IMG/VR virus record: IMGVR_UViG_2636415477_000009
Span: 1 to 28,026 of that record
Direction: 5' to 3' (one strand)
DNA length: 28,026 nucleotides
Source: a virus
Taxonomy: Duplodnaviria > Heunggongvirae > Uroviricota > Caudoviricetes
A program made the position numbers and the translations under genes. Positions 27,382 through 28,026 of the stretch are shown piece after piece. The stretch's first letter is position 1. Each line of letters starts with the position of its first letter. The notes under the pieces are model-generated. The model was not told where the DNA came from. It ran no database searches and saw only the letters and a list, made by a program, of their open reading frames with translations.

Positions 27382-27708
27382 TGCATAAGCCCTATCCCTG
27401 GTCACCGTCTTCCATTGACCACATCGATAGAATCCTCCTTCATAGCACGATGCTTTTCACTTATCGACATCGTGCTCGCACAGGTTCCGGTTACGCACAG
27501 CCAGAACGCGCATGTTTGACGCTTACCAAAAAATGAACCTAAAGCATTGGAATATTTTTGACATCATTTTCTGATGGCTGCATAAAATAAAAATTCTGCT
27601 TTAGTTTCATCTATCTGTTTGTCATTATTACTCACATTCAATAATGGTGTTGAAGAATATCCCATCACAGATAAAATAAATATGTGCATGGTAGTCTTGA
27701 ATCTATTC

Positions 27709-28026
27709 TCACTCTCCACATTTGAATGTCAGACGAGCGACGCCATGTAATCCTGCACCTTCTGTCTTCAGGTCAACTATCTGCATTTTTTTGCCCTGAG
27801 TAACACAGAAATGAGTTGCATCATTTTTTACTATATTTTCTGCACCAGATATTCTACCCCTGGCTAAAGAAGCTTCGGCTTCGGTGTAGTATTGGTTATC
27901 GAGTTTACGCTGAATATTACTTTTATATGCAAGGCCAAATTTACCGATACTTGTCTCATCATTATGCACAGCACAACCAGACATAAGAAAAACACTAATT
28001 AATGATATAGCAGCTATCTTTTTCAC
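27709..28026 (-). CDS. yegR: Lipoprotein YegR
   Basis: 105 aa; signal peptide with lipobox (LMSGC); sequence matches E. coli YegR as I recall it. GTG start at the window edge (28024..28026), so a longer upstream start cannot be excluded. Confidence 0.7.
   Translation of the reverse strand: MKKIAAISLISVFLMSGCAVHNDETSIGKFGLAYKSNIQRKLDNQYYTEAEASLARGRISGAENIVKNDATHFCVTQGKKMQIVDLKTEGAGLHGVARLTFKCGE

Noticed and set aside
27291-27536. 81-aa plus-strand ORF spanning the attR core
   Set aside because: Runs across the prophage-host junction and the 28-bp attachment repeat; no ribosome-binding site; most likely chance ORF.
1-28026. CRISPR arrays or other tandem-repeat arrays
   Set aside because: No regularly spaced short direct repeats seen anywhere in the window; the only repeats are the att cores and the IS terminal repeats.

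Overview
This window looks like an Escherichia-type chromosomal locus (yegQ/rlhA, then the sRNA gene cyaR, and yegR at the far end) carrying a roughly 24 kb P2-like prophage inserted at the 3' end of cyaR. The prophage is bounded by a perfect 28-bp direct repeat (3209..3236 and 27354..27381), with ogr at the left end and int/C/cox at the right. Gene order and protein sequences match phage P2 almost gene for gene, from my memory of the P2 proteins: tail/baseplate I-J-W-V-S-R, lysis Y-K-lysA-lysB-lysC, head L-M-N-O, terminase/portal P-Q, the cos site, replication A/B and the small early orfs. Two things depart from P2. First, an IS21-family element (istA/istB, about 3728..6318) sits where the tail genes should be: tail fibre gene H is cut after about 210 codons and everything between H and a short D remnant is missing, so the prophage is probably tail-defective. 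Second, and most interesting, the cos-proximal slot where P2 carries old/tin holds an AT-rich two-gene operon (18946..21271): a DprA/Smf-like protein followed by a 427-aa protein with a C-terminal phosphoribosyltransferase motif. This is the best candidate for an anti-phage or otherwise accessory system here. I recall a DprA-like/PRTase pair being reported from P2-like hotspots, but could not verify that without a search, and its mechanism is, as far as I know, uncharacterised. A separate AT-rich 404-aa orphan gene at 1..1215, upstream of yegQ, is unassigned. All calls are from reading the sequence and ORF track; no searches were run.
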